DNA from: Malacoraja senta
Taxonomy: Eukaryota
NCBI GenBank assembly: GCA_038087875.1
Contig: JAXLNO010000079.1
Coordinates: 372,001 to 436,000, forward strand
Length of the DNA: 64,000 nucleotides
Reading direction: 5' to 3'
This document shows, piece after piece, positions 11,637-23,604 of the stretch. Both the position numbers and the translations under genes were made by a program. Every line of letters begins with the position of its first letter. The first letter of the stretch is position 1. The notes beneath the pieces are model-generated. The model was not told where the DNA came from and did no database searches. It was given only the letters and a program-made list of their open reading frames with translations.

Positions 11637-12647
11637 CATCCCAGAGTTGTAATTAGAGAGCATTATCTTTTAAATATAAAGTTAACCTGATGCCCATGGC
11701 ACACAGTGACAAAGAGAAGATGCCCCTTGGCCAATAACTACCCTTCAATTAGCAAATCTCTCAGCAGAAACAATGCTTTGTGTTTATGGAACACAATCTT
11801 GTAAACGGCTGCTGCATAAAAAATCAGGAACACATTTCAGAAATAATGAACTGCTGTAAAGTAGCTTGGCTTTGTCTCAGAATATAAAGTCATAAGAAAT
11901 AGGGGTAGAATTGGGTCATTCGGCCCATCAAGTCTACTCCGCCATTTAATCATGGCTGACCTATCTCTCCCTCCTAACCCCATTCTCCTACCTCCTCCCC
12001 ATAACCTCTAATCAAGAATCTATCTATCTCTGCCTTAAAAATATCCACTGACTTGGCCTCCACAGCCTTCTGTGGCAAAGAATTCCACAGATTTACCACT
12101 AAAGACATTTCTCCTCAGCTTCTTCCTAAAAGAACGTTCTTTAATTCTGAGGCTATGACCTCTAGTCCTAGACTCTCCCACTAGTGGAAACATCCTCTCC
12201 ACATCCACTCTATCCAAGCCTTTCACTATTCTGTATGTTTCAATGAGGTCCTCCCTCATTCTTCTAAACTCCAGTGAGTACAGGCCCAGTGCCGACAAAC
12301 GCTCATCATAGGTTAACCTACTCATTCTTGGGATAATTCTTGTAAACCTCCTCTGGACCCTCTCCAGAGCCTGCACATCCTTCCTCAGAAATGGTGCCCA
12401 AAATGGCTCACAATATTCCCAATGCGGCATTACCAGCGCCTTATAGAGCCTCAGCATTGCTTCCCTGTTTTTGTATACAAGCCCTCTTGAAATAAATGCT
12501 AGCATTGAGTTTGCTTTCTTTACTATCAATTCAACTTGCAGATGAACTTTTGGGGAATTCTGCACCAGCACTCCCAACTCCCTTTGCACTTCTGATTTCT
12601 GGATTCTCACCCCATTTAGAAAATAGGCTATGCCTTTATTCCTACTT

Positions 12648-13700
12648 AACGGGTCCTTTTCAGAATGGCAGGCAGTGACTAGTGGGGTACCGCAAGGCTC
12701 AGTGCTGGGACCCCAGCTATTTAAAATATATATTAATGATTTGGATGAGGGAATTGAATGCAACATCTCCAAGTTTGCGGATGACACGAAGCTGGGGGGC
12801 AGTGTTAGCTGTGAGGAGGGTGCTAGAAGGCTGCAAGGTGACTTGGATAGGTTGGGGGAGTGGGCAAATGCATGGCAGATGCAGTATAATGTGGATAAAT
12901 GTGAGGTTATCCACTTTGGTGGCAAAAACAGGAAAGTAGACTATTACCTGAATGGTGGCCGATTAGGAAAAGGGGAGATGCAACGAGACCTGGGTGTCAT
13001 GGTACACCAGTCATTGAAAGTAGGCTTGCAGGTGTAGCAGGCAATGAAGAAAGCGAATGGTATGTTAGCATTCATAGCAAAAGGATTTGTGTATAGGAGC
13101 AGGGAGGTTCTACTGCAGTTGTAGAGGGTCTTGGTGAGACCACACCTGGAATATTGCGTACAGTTTTGGTCTCCTAATCTGAGGAAGGACATTCTTGCCA
13201 TAGAGGGAGTACAGAGAAGGTTTACCAGACTGATTCCTGTGATGTCAGGACTTTCATATGAAGAAAGACTGGATAGACTTGGCTTGTACTCGCTAGAATT
13301 TAGAAGATTGAGGGGGAGATCTTATAGAAACTTACAAAATTCTTAAGGGGTTGGACAGGCTAGATGCAGGAAGATTGTTCCCGATGTTGGGGAAGTCCAG
13401 AACAAGGGGTCACATTTTAAGGATAAAGGGGAAATCTTTTAGGACTGAGATGAGAAAAACATTTTTTACACAGAGAGTGGTGAATCTCTGGAATTCTCTG
13501 CCACAGAATGTAGTTGAGGCCAGTTCATTGGCTATATTTAAGAGGGAGTTAGATGTGGCCCTTGTGGCTAAAGGGATCAGGGGGTATGGAGAGAAAGCAG
13601 GTACAGGATACTGAGTTGGATGATCAGCCATGATCATATTGAATGGCGGTGTAGGCTCGAAGGGCCGAATGGCCTACTTCTGCACCTATTTTCTATGTTT
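12648..13700 (+). mobile_element. Young 5'-truncated CR1 nested in opposite orientation
   Basis: NGSFSEWQAVTSGVPQGSVLGP... through tail cctattttctatgttt; host CR1 sequence continues on both sides (cctact / actactaaaatgcatg). Confidence 0.92.
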
Positions 13701-15040
13701 ACTACTAAAATGCATGACTCCACACTTTACTACACTATATTCCATCTGCCACTTCTCTGCCCACTCTCCCAACCTATCCAAGTCCTTCTGCAGAGTCCCT
13801 GCTTTCTCTCCACTACCTACCCCTCCACCTATTTTTGTATCATCCGCAAACTTTGCCACCAAGCCTTCAATCCCCTCGTCCAAATCATTAATATACAACG
13901 TGAAGAGTAGCGGCCCGCAGCACTGACCCTTGCAGAACACGACTAGTGCTGGGACCCAACCAGAAAATGGCACCCAACCAGAAAAAGCCCCTTTATTGCC
14001 ATTCTTTGTCTTCTGTCATCCAGCCATCCTGCTATCCATGCCATGCCCTTTGATACCATGGGCTCTCGTCTTCCTTAGCAGCCTCACATGTGGCACCTTT
14101 CAAAGGCTTTCTGAAAATTTAAGTAAATACTGTAACATCTAAGTAAATAAAATCTAAGTAAATAACTTTGTCTGTCCTGCTATTTACTTCTTCATAGAAT
14201 TCCAACAAATTTGTCAAGCAAGACGTCCCATTCATAAAGCCATGCTGACTTTGGCCTATTTTATCGTGAACTCCGTAACCTCATCCTTTATAATGGACTC
14301 TAAATCTTACCAACCACCAAAGTCAGACTAACCGGCCTATAGTTCTCACTATTCTGCCTTGCTCACTTCTTGTGCAGCGGGGTAATATTTGCAATTTTCT
14401 AATCATCTGGAACCACTCCTGACTCTAGTGATTCTTGAAATATCACTATCAATGCCTCCACAATCTCTAAAGCCACCTCTTTCAGAACCCTATGGTGCAG
14501 TCCATCTGGCCCAAATGACTTATCCACCTTCAGCCCTTTCAGCTTCCCAAGCACCTTCTCCCTAGTAATAGCCACTCCACTAACTTCCACCCCCTGACTC
14601 TCGTGAATTTCAGGCACGTTGCTGGTGTCTTCCACTGTGAAGACTGATGCAAAAAAGTTATTCTACTCCTCTGTCATTTCTTTATTCCCCATTATCACTT
14701 CTCCTGCATCATTCTCCAGCTGTCCAGAGTCCCCTCTTGCTCTTTCTTGCTCTTTATATAACTGAAGAAACTCTTGCTATCTTTTATGTTATTGGCTAGC
14801 TTATCATCATATTTCATCTTTTCTCACCGTATTTTATTTTCAGTTACCTTCTGTGTTGTTCTTTAAAAACTTCCCAATCCTCTGGTTTCCCACTAATCTT
14901 TGCTATGTTATACGCCTTCTCTTTTAGTTTTATACTGTCCTTGACTTCCCTTGTCAGCCACAGTCGCCTCTTTCTCCCCCTAGAATCTTTCTTCCTCTTT
15001 GGAATGAAAAGATCCTGCATCTTCCGGATTATTCCCAGAA

Positions 15041-16345
15041 TTTTTTTTTTTTTAATTTTTTTTAATTTATTTAATATTTTATTTATTAGAAGTACATTAC
15101 ATTACAACCACATACATTAGTACTCGTCACTTATATCTTCTTACAATTAATGTACTCCGTTTGTTTTTTACACTAGAAAAGGGAAAGGATGAGATTGAGA
15201 GAAAGAAGAAAGTGAAGGAAAAAGTGAAAGTGTAGAAAATGTGACAACAAGAAAGAACGAAGACCCTATAAGAACAAAATTAAAAACAAAAGAAAAAGAG
15301 TTAAGAAATAGACCCTAAAAAAGAAGGAGAAAGAGAAAGAGGGAAAAGAGAAAAACAAATAGTTTTTATGAGCATTACGCAAATGGGACATACCAACTCT
15401 CCAACTTTCATCCCCCCTTACCTGACCTCAGTTTTTTTTTTAAAGTACCTTTGCACCCTATATTTGTAATAATTCTATAAATACAGACCACGTCAGGTGG
15501 AAGTGATCTGGTTTACCTTCCAGGAGGAGTCTTATCTCTTCTAGGTGTAATGTTTCGAACATATTTGAAATCCACATGTTTATAGTTGGTATTGGAGCCT
15601 TCTTCCAAAATTTTAGGATTAGCTTTTTTCCAGTTATTAACCCGTAATCTATTAGTTTCTTTTGAAACACATTTAGTTCTGGACCATCTTCCGTTATTCC
15701 GAAGATAATCCATTCTGCTTTGGGTATCAGTTTTATTTTAAATAATTTTGTAAAGATTTCGAAAATTTCAATCCAAAATTTTTGAATTTTTGTACAGAAA
15801 ACAAATGAGTGCGCTATAGTAGCTTCTTGGGATTGACATTTATCACAAATGGATGATACATTTGGGAAAATTTTATGGATTTTAGTTTTGGAATAATATA
15901 ATCTATGTAAAATTTTAAATTGTATTAAAGTGTGTCTTACATTAATCGAACATTTATGCACGTTTAATAAGTGTTCATTCCACCTTTCCTTTGAATTTTA
16001 ATAGCTAACTCTTGTTCCCAGTCTTTTCTGATACCCTCCGTAGATGGTATTTCTACATTTAAGATAATATTATACAAATATGATATTAAGTTTGCTGATT
16101 CAGCTTTTATCTGCATTGCATCATCCAATACATCTGCTGAGCTATTATAATGATCTTTTATATATTTTTTCAAATAGTCACATATTTGAAAATATTTAAA
16201 ATATTGATTATTTCCGAGTTTATATTTTATCTGTAATTGTTGAAATGAAAGTAATTTTCCAGTTTCATATAAGTCACCGAACGTTTTAATTCCTAGTCTA
16301 TCCCAATGTGTGAAAGATTTATCTATAGTAGAGGGATTAAACGAA
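15041..16345 (-). mobile_element. L1-clade LINE 3' fragment (ORF2 C-terminus with CCHC finger, 3' UTR, poly(A))
   Basis: ORF 15458-15961 LIQFKILHRLYYSK...CDKCQSQEATIAHSFVFC...KFW is an L1-type zinc finger; AT-rich; AATAAA and A-tail read as the T-run at 15041-15090. Confidence 0.88.
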
Positions 16346-16833
16346 GCTCTGCCCAGGACAAGAAGGCTCTGCAGAGAGTAGTGCGTTCGGCCGAACGCAC
16401 TATGGGAACTACACTCGCCCCCTCTGCAGGAACTATACATCAGGAGATGCAACTCCAGAGCCAATAAGATCATGGGAGACCCCTTCCACCCCAGCAACGG
16501 ACTGTTCCAGCTGCTACGGTCAGGCAAACACCTCCGTTGCCATGCTGTGAGAACGGAGAGGATGAGAAGGAGTTTCTTCCCAGAGGCCATTAGGACTGTA
16601 AACTATCTCACCAGGGACTAACTTTACTGTACTATTCTACTGTTTAAAAAAAAAAATTGCTGTTTTTTTCCCCCTTTTTCCTTCCGCCCACAATATTTAA
16701 TATGTAAAAGAATATGTGATTCTGTTCCATTCTGTTTGTAGTTTGTTTGTTTGTTTGTTTTTTGCACAAAGTCCGCGAGCATTTCACTGCACATCTCGTA
16801 TGTGTATGTGACGAATAAACTTGACTTGACTTG
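16346..16833 (+). mobile_element. Rex1/Babar LINE 3' fragment
   Basis: Translates SAQDKKALQRVVRSAERTMG...ANKIMGDPFHPSNGLFQLLRSGK...RSFFPEAIRTVN; tail gacgaataaa(cttga)n. Confidence 0.85.
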
Positions 16834-18489
16834 ATCCCATGTCACCCCTCACTAAGGACTGGATTTCATTCCTAACCAACAGAGCTACCCCACCCCCTCT
16901 GCCCACCTTCCTGTCATTCCTATATGACGTATAACCCTGAATATTCAGCTCTCAGCTCCGATCCTCTTGCAGCCACATCTCTGTAATTCCCACAAGGTCA
17001 TACCTACTAATGTCTAACTGTGCTACAAGCTCATCCATTTTGTTTCTCGCACTACGCGCATTCAAACACAACACATTTAATTCTGTATTCACCTCCCTTC
17101 TCACACCGGTCCCCATTTTGCCCGATCGTACTCTCTTACCCCTTCTTCAACTTTCCGTCCCATTGATTTGGGAGACTTCTGTTACTTATCCTGCACTCTC
17201 TTTCCCTTTAACTCCACCCTTACACTTCCAATTTGTTGACATACCCCCACTATTTAGTTTAAAACTTGATCTACGTCCCTGGTTATACGGTTTGCCAGGA
17301 GTCTGGTTCCAGTCGGGTTCAAGTGGAGTCCGTCCTGTTGGAACAGTTCCCTCCTTCCCCAATACTGGTGCCAATGTCCCACAAACTCAAAACTGCTTCT
17401 TCCACACCAGTCTTTGAGCCACGTGTTGAATCCCCTCAACTCTCTGCCAATTTGCACTCGGCTCAGGTAGCAACCCAGAGATTATTACCTTCCTGGTTCT
17501 GCTTTTCAATTTGGTACCTACTAATAGCTGCTCAAATTCCTTTAGCAGAACCTCTTTCCTCGTTCTACCTCCGTTCCATCTACCCCATATGGAATTCTCT
17601 GACTGGCTCCTTTTCTAACATCATATATCCAAACGTTACTTAAATTGTATGTTTTATTTTAAATATGTGTCACATTTTACATTTTAAAATTATTTTTTTG
17701 AGAGGATTTAGGGAAAATTTATGATTTAAAAAAAAAAATTCTTTGAAAGTGTCTCATACAATGTTTTAATTAAAGAAGGTAGTTAGCGATCATGAAAGGT
17801 TAAGCTGCTAAAGTAAATGATTTTGTTTCCTTGTGGATCGTAAACAAAACACTCAGTAATTAATAACCACTTCCACTGTGAACATCCACATTCAACACAT
17901 ATGGAGAGATAATCAAACAGAATTTTAGATGCAGCATGTTACAGATTTATCTTGCAGCAAAAGACTAAAAAGAATCAGTAAGGAAGTCTGTGGCCAGGTT
18001 TGTTTGTGTCAGTCAGATAAGACAAGTTGCCGACACAGGGAAGGACTTCTCTCTTTATCTGTTGTAAGTTGTGGATGTTGTTGCCAATCCTAGTACTTGT
18101 TGCCCTTTCGAACTTGCCCCTAAATCGAGGAGTTAAGAGCAAACCTTGGGTTTCTTGTGGATGACTTTCCTCAGCTACATTAGTGAACCAGTTTCCTGGG
18201 TATTGTCACTGAGACCAGCTTTAATTCCAGATTGATTTAATTATTTGAATTTAAATTCTGCAGATTTGGTGTCATTTGAGTTCATGTCTCAGTATCATTG
18301 ATGCCAAGATCTGGCAGTGTGTCCAGGAACCATGCCAATAATCCACTTTATGCATTTGACATGTTTGACATTATTATATTTTACATGATCACATTCAATT
18401 AAGTCATTCAGTCCTAATTAAATGAATTTGAACACACCCGTTATTCCTCTGGTTCATCCTCCTCTGAAATACACGTCTTGTTATTGTAT

Positions 18490-21104
18490 AGGGGGCAGAA
18501 AACGCTAGTGGGAATTGTGTACCGGCCACCTAACAGTAATAGTGAAGTTGGGGATGGCATCAAACAGGAAATTAGAAATGCATGCAACAAAGGTAAAACA
18601 GTTATAATGGGTGACTTCAATCTACATATAGATTGGGTGAATCAAATTGGCAGGGGTGCTGTGGAAGAGGATTTCTTGGAATGTATGCGGGATAGTTTTC
18701 TAAACCAACATGTAGAGGAACCAACGAGAGAGCAGGCTATTCTAGACTGGGTATTGAGTAATGAGGAAGGATTAGTTAGCAGTCTTGTTGTGCGTGGCCC
18801 CTTGGGCAAGAGTGACCATAATATGGTTGAGTTCTTCATTAGGATGGAGAGTGACATTGTTAATTCAGAAACAAGGGTTCTGAACTTAAAGAAAGGTAAC
18901 TTTAAGGATGTGAGACGTGAATTGGCCAAGATAGACTGACTGGCAAGTGATTCTTAAAGGGTTGACGGTGGATATGCAATGAAAGGCATTTAAAGACTGC
19001 ATGGATGAACTACAACAGTTGTTCATCCCAGTTTGGCAAAAGAATAAATCAGGGAAGGTAGCACATCCATGGATAACAAGGGAAATCAGGGATAGTATCA
19101 AAACAAAAGATGAAACATACAAATTAGCCAGCAAAAGCAGCCTACCAGAGGACTGGGAGAAATTCTAGTTTCAGCAGAGGAGGACAAAGGGCTTAATTAG
19201 GAAAGGGAAAATGGATTATGAAAGAAAACTGGCAGGGAACATAAAAACTGACTGCAAAAGTTTTTATAGATATGTGAAGAGAAAAAGATTAGTTATAACA
19301 AATGTAGGTCCCTTGCAGTCAGAAACTGGTGAATTGATCATGGGGAACAAGGACATGGCAGACCAATTGAATAACTACTTTGGTTCTGTCTTCACTAAGG
19401 AAGACATAAATAATCTGCCGGAAATAGCAGGGGACCGGGGGTCAAATGAGATGGAGGAACTGAGATAAATCCAGGTTAGCCGGGAAGTGGTGTTAGGTAA
19501 ATTGAATGGATTAAAGGCCGATAAATCCCCAGGGCCAGATAGGCTGCATCCCAGAGTATTTAAGGAAGTAGCCCCAGAGATAGTGGATGCATTAGTGATA
19601 ATTTTTCAAAACTCTTTAGATTCTGGAGTAGTTCCTGAGGATTGGAGGGTAGCTAATGTAACCCCACTTTAAAAAAAAAGGAGGGAGAGAGAAATCGCAG
19701 AAATACAGACCAGTTAGTCTAACATCGGTAGTGGGGAAAATGCTAGAGTCACTTATTAAAGATGGGATAGCAGCACATTTGGAAAGTGGTGAAATCATTG
19801 GACAAAGTCAGCATGGATTTATGAAAGGTAAATCATGTCTGACGAATCTTATAGAATTTTTCGAGGATGTAACTAGTAGAGTAGATAAGGGAGAACCAGT
19901 GGATGTGTTATATCTGGACTTTCAGAAGGTTTTCGACAAGGTCCCACATAAGAGATTAGTATACAAACTTAAAGCAAATGGTATTGGGGGTTCAGTATTG
20001 ATGTGGATAGAGAACTGGCTGGCAGACAGGAAGCAAAGAGTAGGAGTAAACGGGTCCTTTTCAGAATGGCAGGCAGTGACTAGTGAGGTACCGCAAGGCT
20101 CAGTGCTGGGACCCCAGCTATTTACAATATAAATTAATGATCTGGATGAGGGAATTGAATGCAACATCTCCAAGTTTGCGGATGACACGAAGCTGGGGGG
20201 CAGTCTTAGCTGTGAGGAGGATGCTAGGAGGCTGCAAGGTGACTTAGATAGGTTGGGTGAGTGGGCAAATGCATGGTAGATGCAGTATAATGTGGATAAA
20301 TGTGAGGTTATCCACTTTGGTGGCAAAAACAGGAAAGTAGACTATTATCTGAATGGTGGCCGATTAGGAAAAGGGGAGATGCAACGAGACCTGGGTGTCA
20401 TGGTACACCAGTCATTGAAATTAGGCATGCAGGTGCAGCAGGCAGTGAAAAAGCAAATGGTATGTTAGCATTCATAGCAAAAGGATTTGAGTATAGGAGC
20501 AGGGAGGTTCTACTGCAGTTGTACAGGGTCTTGGTGAGACCACACCTGGAGTATTGCGTACAGTTTTGGTCTCCTAATCTGAGGAAAGACATTCTTGCCC
20601 TAGAGGGAGTACAGAGAAGGTTCACCAGACTGATTCCTGGGATGGCAGGACTTTCATATGAAGAATGACTGGATAGACTCGGCTTGTACTCGCTAGAATT
20701 TAGAAGATTGAGGGGGGATCTTATAGAAACTTACAAAATTCTTATGGGGTTGGACAGGCTAGATACAGGAAGATTGTTCCCGATGTTGGGGAAGTCCAGA
20801 ACAAGGGGTCACAGTTTAAGGATAAGGGGGGAAGTCTTTTAGGACCGAGATGAGAAAATCATTTTTCACACAGAGGGTGGTGAATCTGTGGAATTCTCTG
20901 CCACAGAAGGTAGTTGAGGCCAGTTCATTGGCTATATTTAAGAGGGAGTTAGATGTGGCCCTTGTGGCTAAAGGGATCAGGGGGTATGGAGAGAAGGCAG
21001 GTACAGGATACTGAGTTGGATGATCAGCCATGATCATATTGAATGGTGGTGCAGGCTCGAAGGGCCGAATGGCCTACTCCTGCACCTATTTTCTATGTTT
21101 CTAT
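18490..21104 (+). mobile_element. Young CR1 LINE, ORF2 from mid-endonuclease to 3' tail
   Basis: YRPPNS, GDFNLHIDW, SDHNMVEF, KSPGPD and RT motifs; few stops; tail ttctatgtttctat. Confidence 0.95.
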
Positions 21105-22647
21105 ATATCTGGCTTCATCCGCCAAATGTCTCAACTTTAGACAACTGCGGAAATGCAGATGGCAGCAGATACATATATGTAATACTCTGAGGTTGCATCA
21201 TTTTATAAAACAATATGAATTACCTCCAAGGATCAGGACACCCAAATTACTATTACTAATTTGTGTTAGTGCCCCTGAACACAAGAATATATTTATGGCA
21301 GATTCAGTTTTTTCTCAGGTATCCTGAGTTTTCCTGAACACTTAGTGAAAAGGTCTCCACAAGTGTTCATGCCAGTGCCAACTTAGCACAGGACTGAACT
21401 GAATCCTGCATTTTACTCTAGATTTAAGATTAGAGCTTTATCAGGTCTGTGCTTACTCTTCTGTATTCTGTCAAACCTATGAGGCTGGTGTCCCAGGGAT
21501 TGAGCTGTTAAAGATACACTTGGAACGGCTGAGATCTAAGACAGTGATGTTTAGAAGCAGTGTAATGAGCTGTGTTTGGTGGAGAGAGATTTCTTTAATA
21601 AGCAGCAGCAGTCAACATTTTGCAGATTTTCAGTGATGATGTATCTTTCTTAATAGGAGGCTGGGTGAGTTCAGGTACATCTTCCTGAATATAGGTTGGG
21701 GTAACACTCTTCAACAGAACAATGGAGATTGTGCAGGGAGAATATTGGCAAAAAATAGTTGTTTTTTTAACTGATCCAAACATGACAGTAGTGGACAAGG
21801 AAAGATATGTGGAAGATTGAAGGAGGTGGAAGACAATAACTTGAACTTCACAGGCAGTGTGGTAATGGAGAGATTTAAGTCAAGGTTTGTGTACAGTAAC
21901 ATAATGTTGTACCAAATGAAGGTGACAAAAGCTCCCGGTGCTACAAAATTAGTCCAACAAACTCTGCTTATGTTAACTATTTCAGACTAATATAAGATAA
22001 TACAACTTAGATCAGAAAAAAAACACATTTGGGCAGACTTAGACTGATAATTCACCAGCTAGTTTATTAAACAAATCCAAGCTCTTTGCTTCCAGTCCTT
22101 CATATATTTTATGTTGAAACTGTGGTATTCCCTTTCTTGCATAGATCTATGCACCACCCCTGCCTTGTATTTATGCTTCTGACTGTTTGATCTGCTATTT
22201 TATTTGCTTAAATCAAAATGGAAATTGCTGGAAATGCACGGCCGACCGAATAACATCCCGAAATAGAAAGGGCAGGTTCTGATATTTCCAACTGTAATCT
22301 TTGCTGAAAGCGTTCATTTTTATTTGCATTTTTTAACTCACCTGCAGGGCATTTATTGCAATTCTATTTTTAATGTCAGGTTTAATGTTTTATTCTTTTC
22401 ATTTTATTTGAATTGTTGATTTTGTTGCTTTGCACCAGCTCAGGTGAATTGTTACCTTGGAATCAGAAGGTTATGGATGAAATCCCATTCCAATTTAATA
22501 CAAAATTCAGTCCGATTTATCAGACGTGTTGAAGGAGTCTTAATTTCTGGAGGTTCTATCATAGTTCCCTCCACATCTGCAGGTGGTTTAAGATCGCACT
22601 GTTCAGGCTTGAGTGACTGACTTATCTACCTTCTCCAGCAAGGATAG

Positions 22648-22810
22648 CAGACGGAATGACCAGTCTTCTGTTGACCAGATGGAATGACCAGTCTTCCATT
22701 GACCAGATGGAATGACCAGTCTTCCATTGACCAGACGGAATGACCAGTCTTCCATTGACCAGACGGAATGACCAGTCTTCTGTTGACCAGATGGAATTAC
22801 CTGTCTTCTG
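22648..22810. repeat. 28-bp minisatellite (~5.8 copies)
   Basis: Unit caga(c/t)ggaatgaccagtcttc(tg/ca)ttgac. Confidence 0.95.
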
Positions 22811-23604
22811 CCGAGAATGTTTATCTCGAGTGACCTATGACCTGGGTATGTGCAGTTGAAATACCTGTTGCTTATTGCTTCAAGCAGCCAGTAACCAACG
22901 GCCGCTGAATGTCAATGACGTCACCATGACAGGGAATGCCCAGGGTGGCGGTCAGTTAGAACAGGGAGTGCCTGGGGGTGGGGGGGATCAGCATACAAAC
23001 AGTACTGACTCTCAAAACTTTATTAACAAAATCCATCTGCAAAATTCACATGCAAATATGTCATATTTCTAAATATTTTTAAGATTAAGGATATGATTTC
23101 TGTGCAAATGTTGGCAAAAGCTGTTTGAAAGTCTCATCGTAAACACGTGTATGCTCTGGTCAGCTTCCTCAGAAAGTCACCCCCAAAAATGATTCAAGGC
23201 AGTTGGTCAAGCAGAACTTGGTCAACCCCCTGAAACCTTTGTCAGGGTTGATATTAAAGGGCATGTTTTGGGTTTATCTGAAATAATACCATGATTCACA
23301 AGTGTAGCCTCTCCCACCATCCTAACCTCACCTCACACGCCACCACCGCACACGCCATCACTTCATTCCCTACACTCTTTTCCTAACAAACATGCGCCGT
23401 TCCTCGCGGCAGCTTGACTGGCGTGCCTTGAGGCAGGTTGTTGAATTTAAATTCCTTTTCTCTGACTGCTGTTTCCAATTTCTTTCAGGAAGCAAGAATA
23501 TTTTCCAGGAAACCTGCAGCAGTTTCTGAATCACTCAATAATAAAAATAAATTTACTAATTGAATTTATTTCCAAAATGCCATCACAATATTGACTTCTG
23601 AATG

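Larger units (their letters stand above)
11885..17600 (-). mobile_element. Older near-full-length CR1 LINE (ORF1 SGNH esterase + ORF2) hosting three nested insertions
   Basis: 3' part 11885-12647, RT/linker 13701-15040, endonuclease start and ORF1 16834-~17600 (FNTWLKDWCGRSSFEFVGHW...DGLHLNPTGTRLLA). Confidence 0.85.

Noticed and set aside
12035..12925. 296-aa ORF as a novel gene
   Set aside because: Chimera of the antisense of one CR1 and the sense of another across a nesting junction.
15964..16590. 208-aa ORF as a fusion protein
   Set aside because: Antisense Rex1 sequence fortuitously in frame with an L1 fragment; no evidence of expression.
22648..22810. 28-bp repeats as CRISPR direct repeats
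   Set aside because: Head-to-tail with no spacers; ordinary minisatellite.
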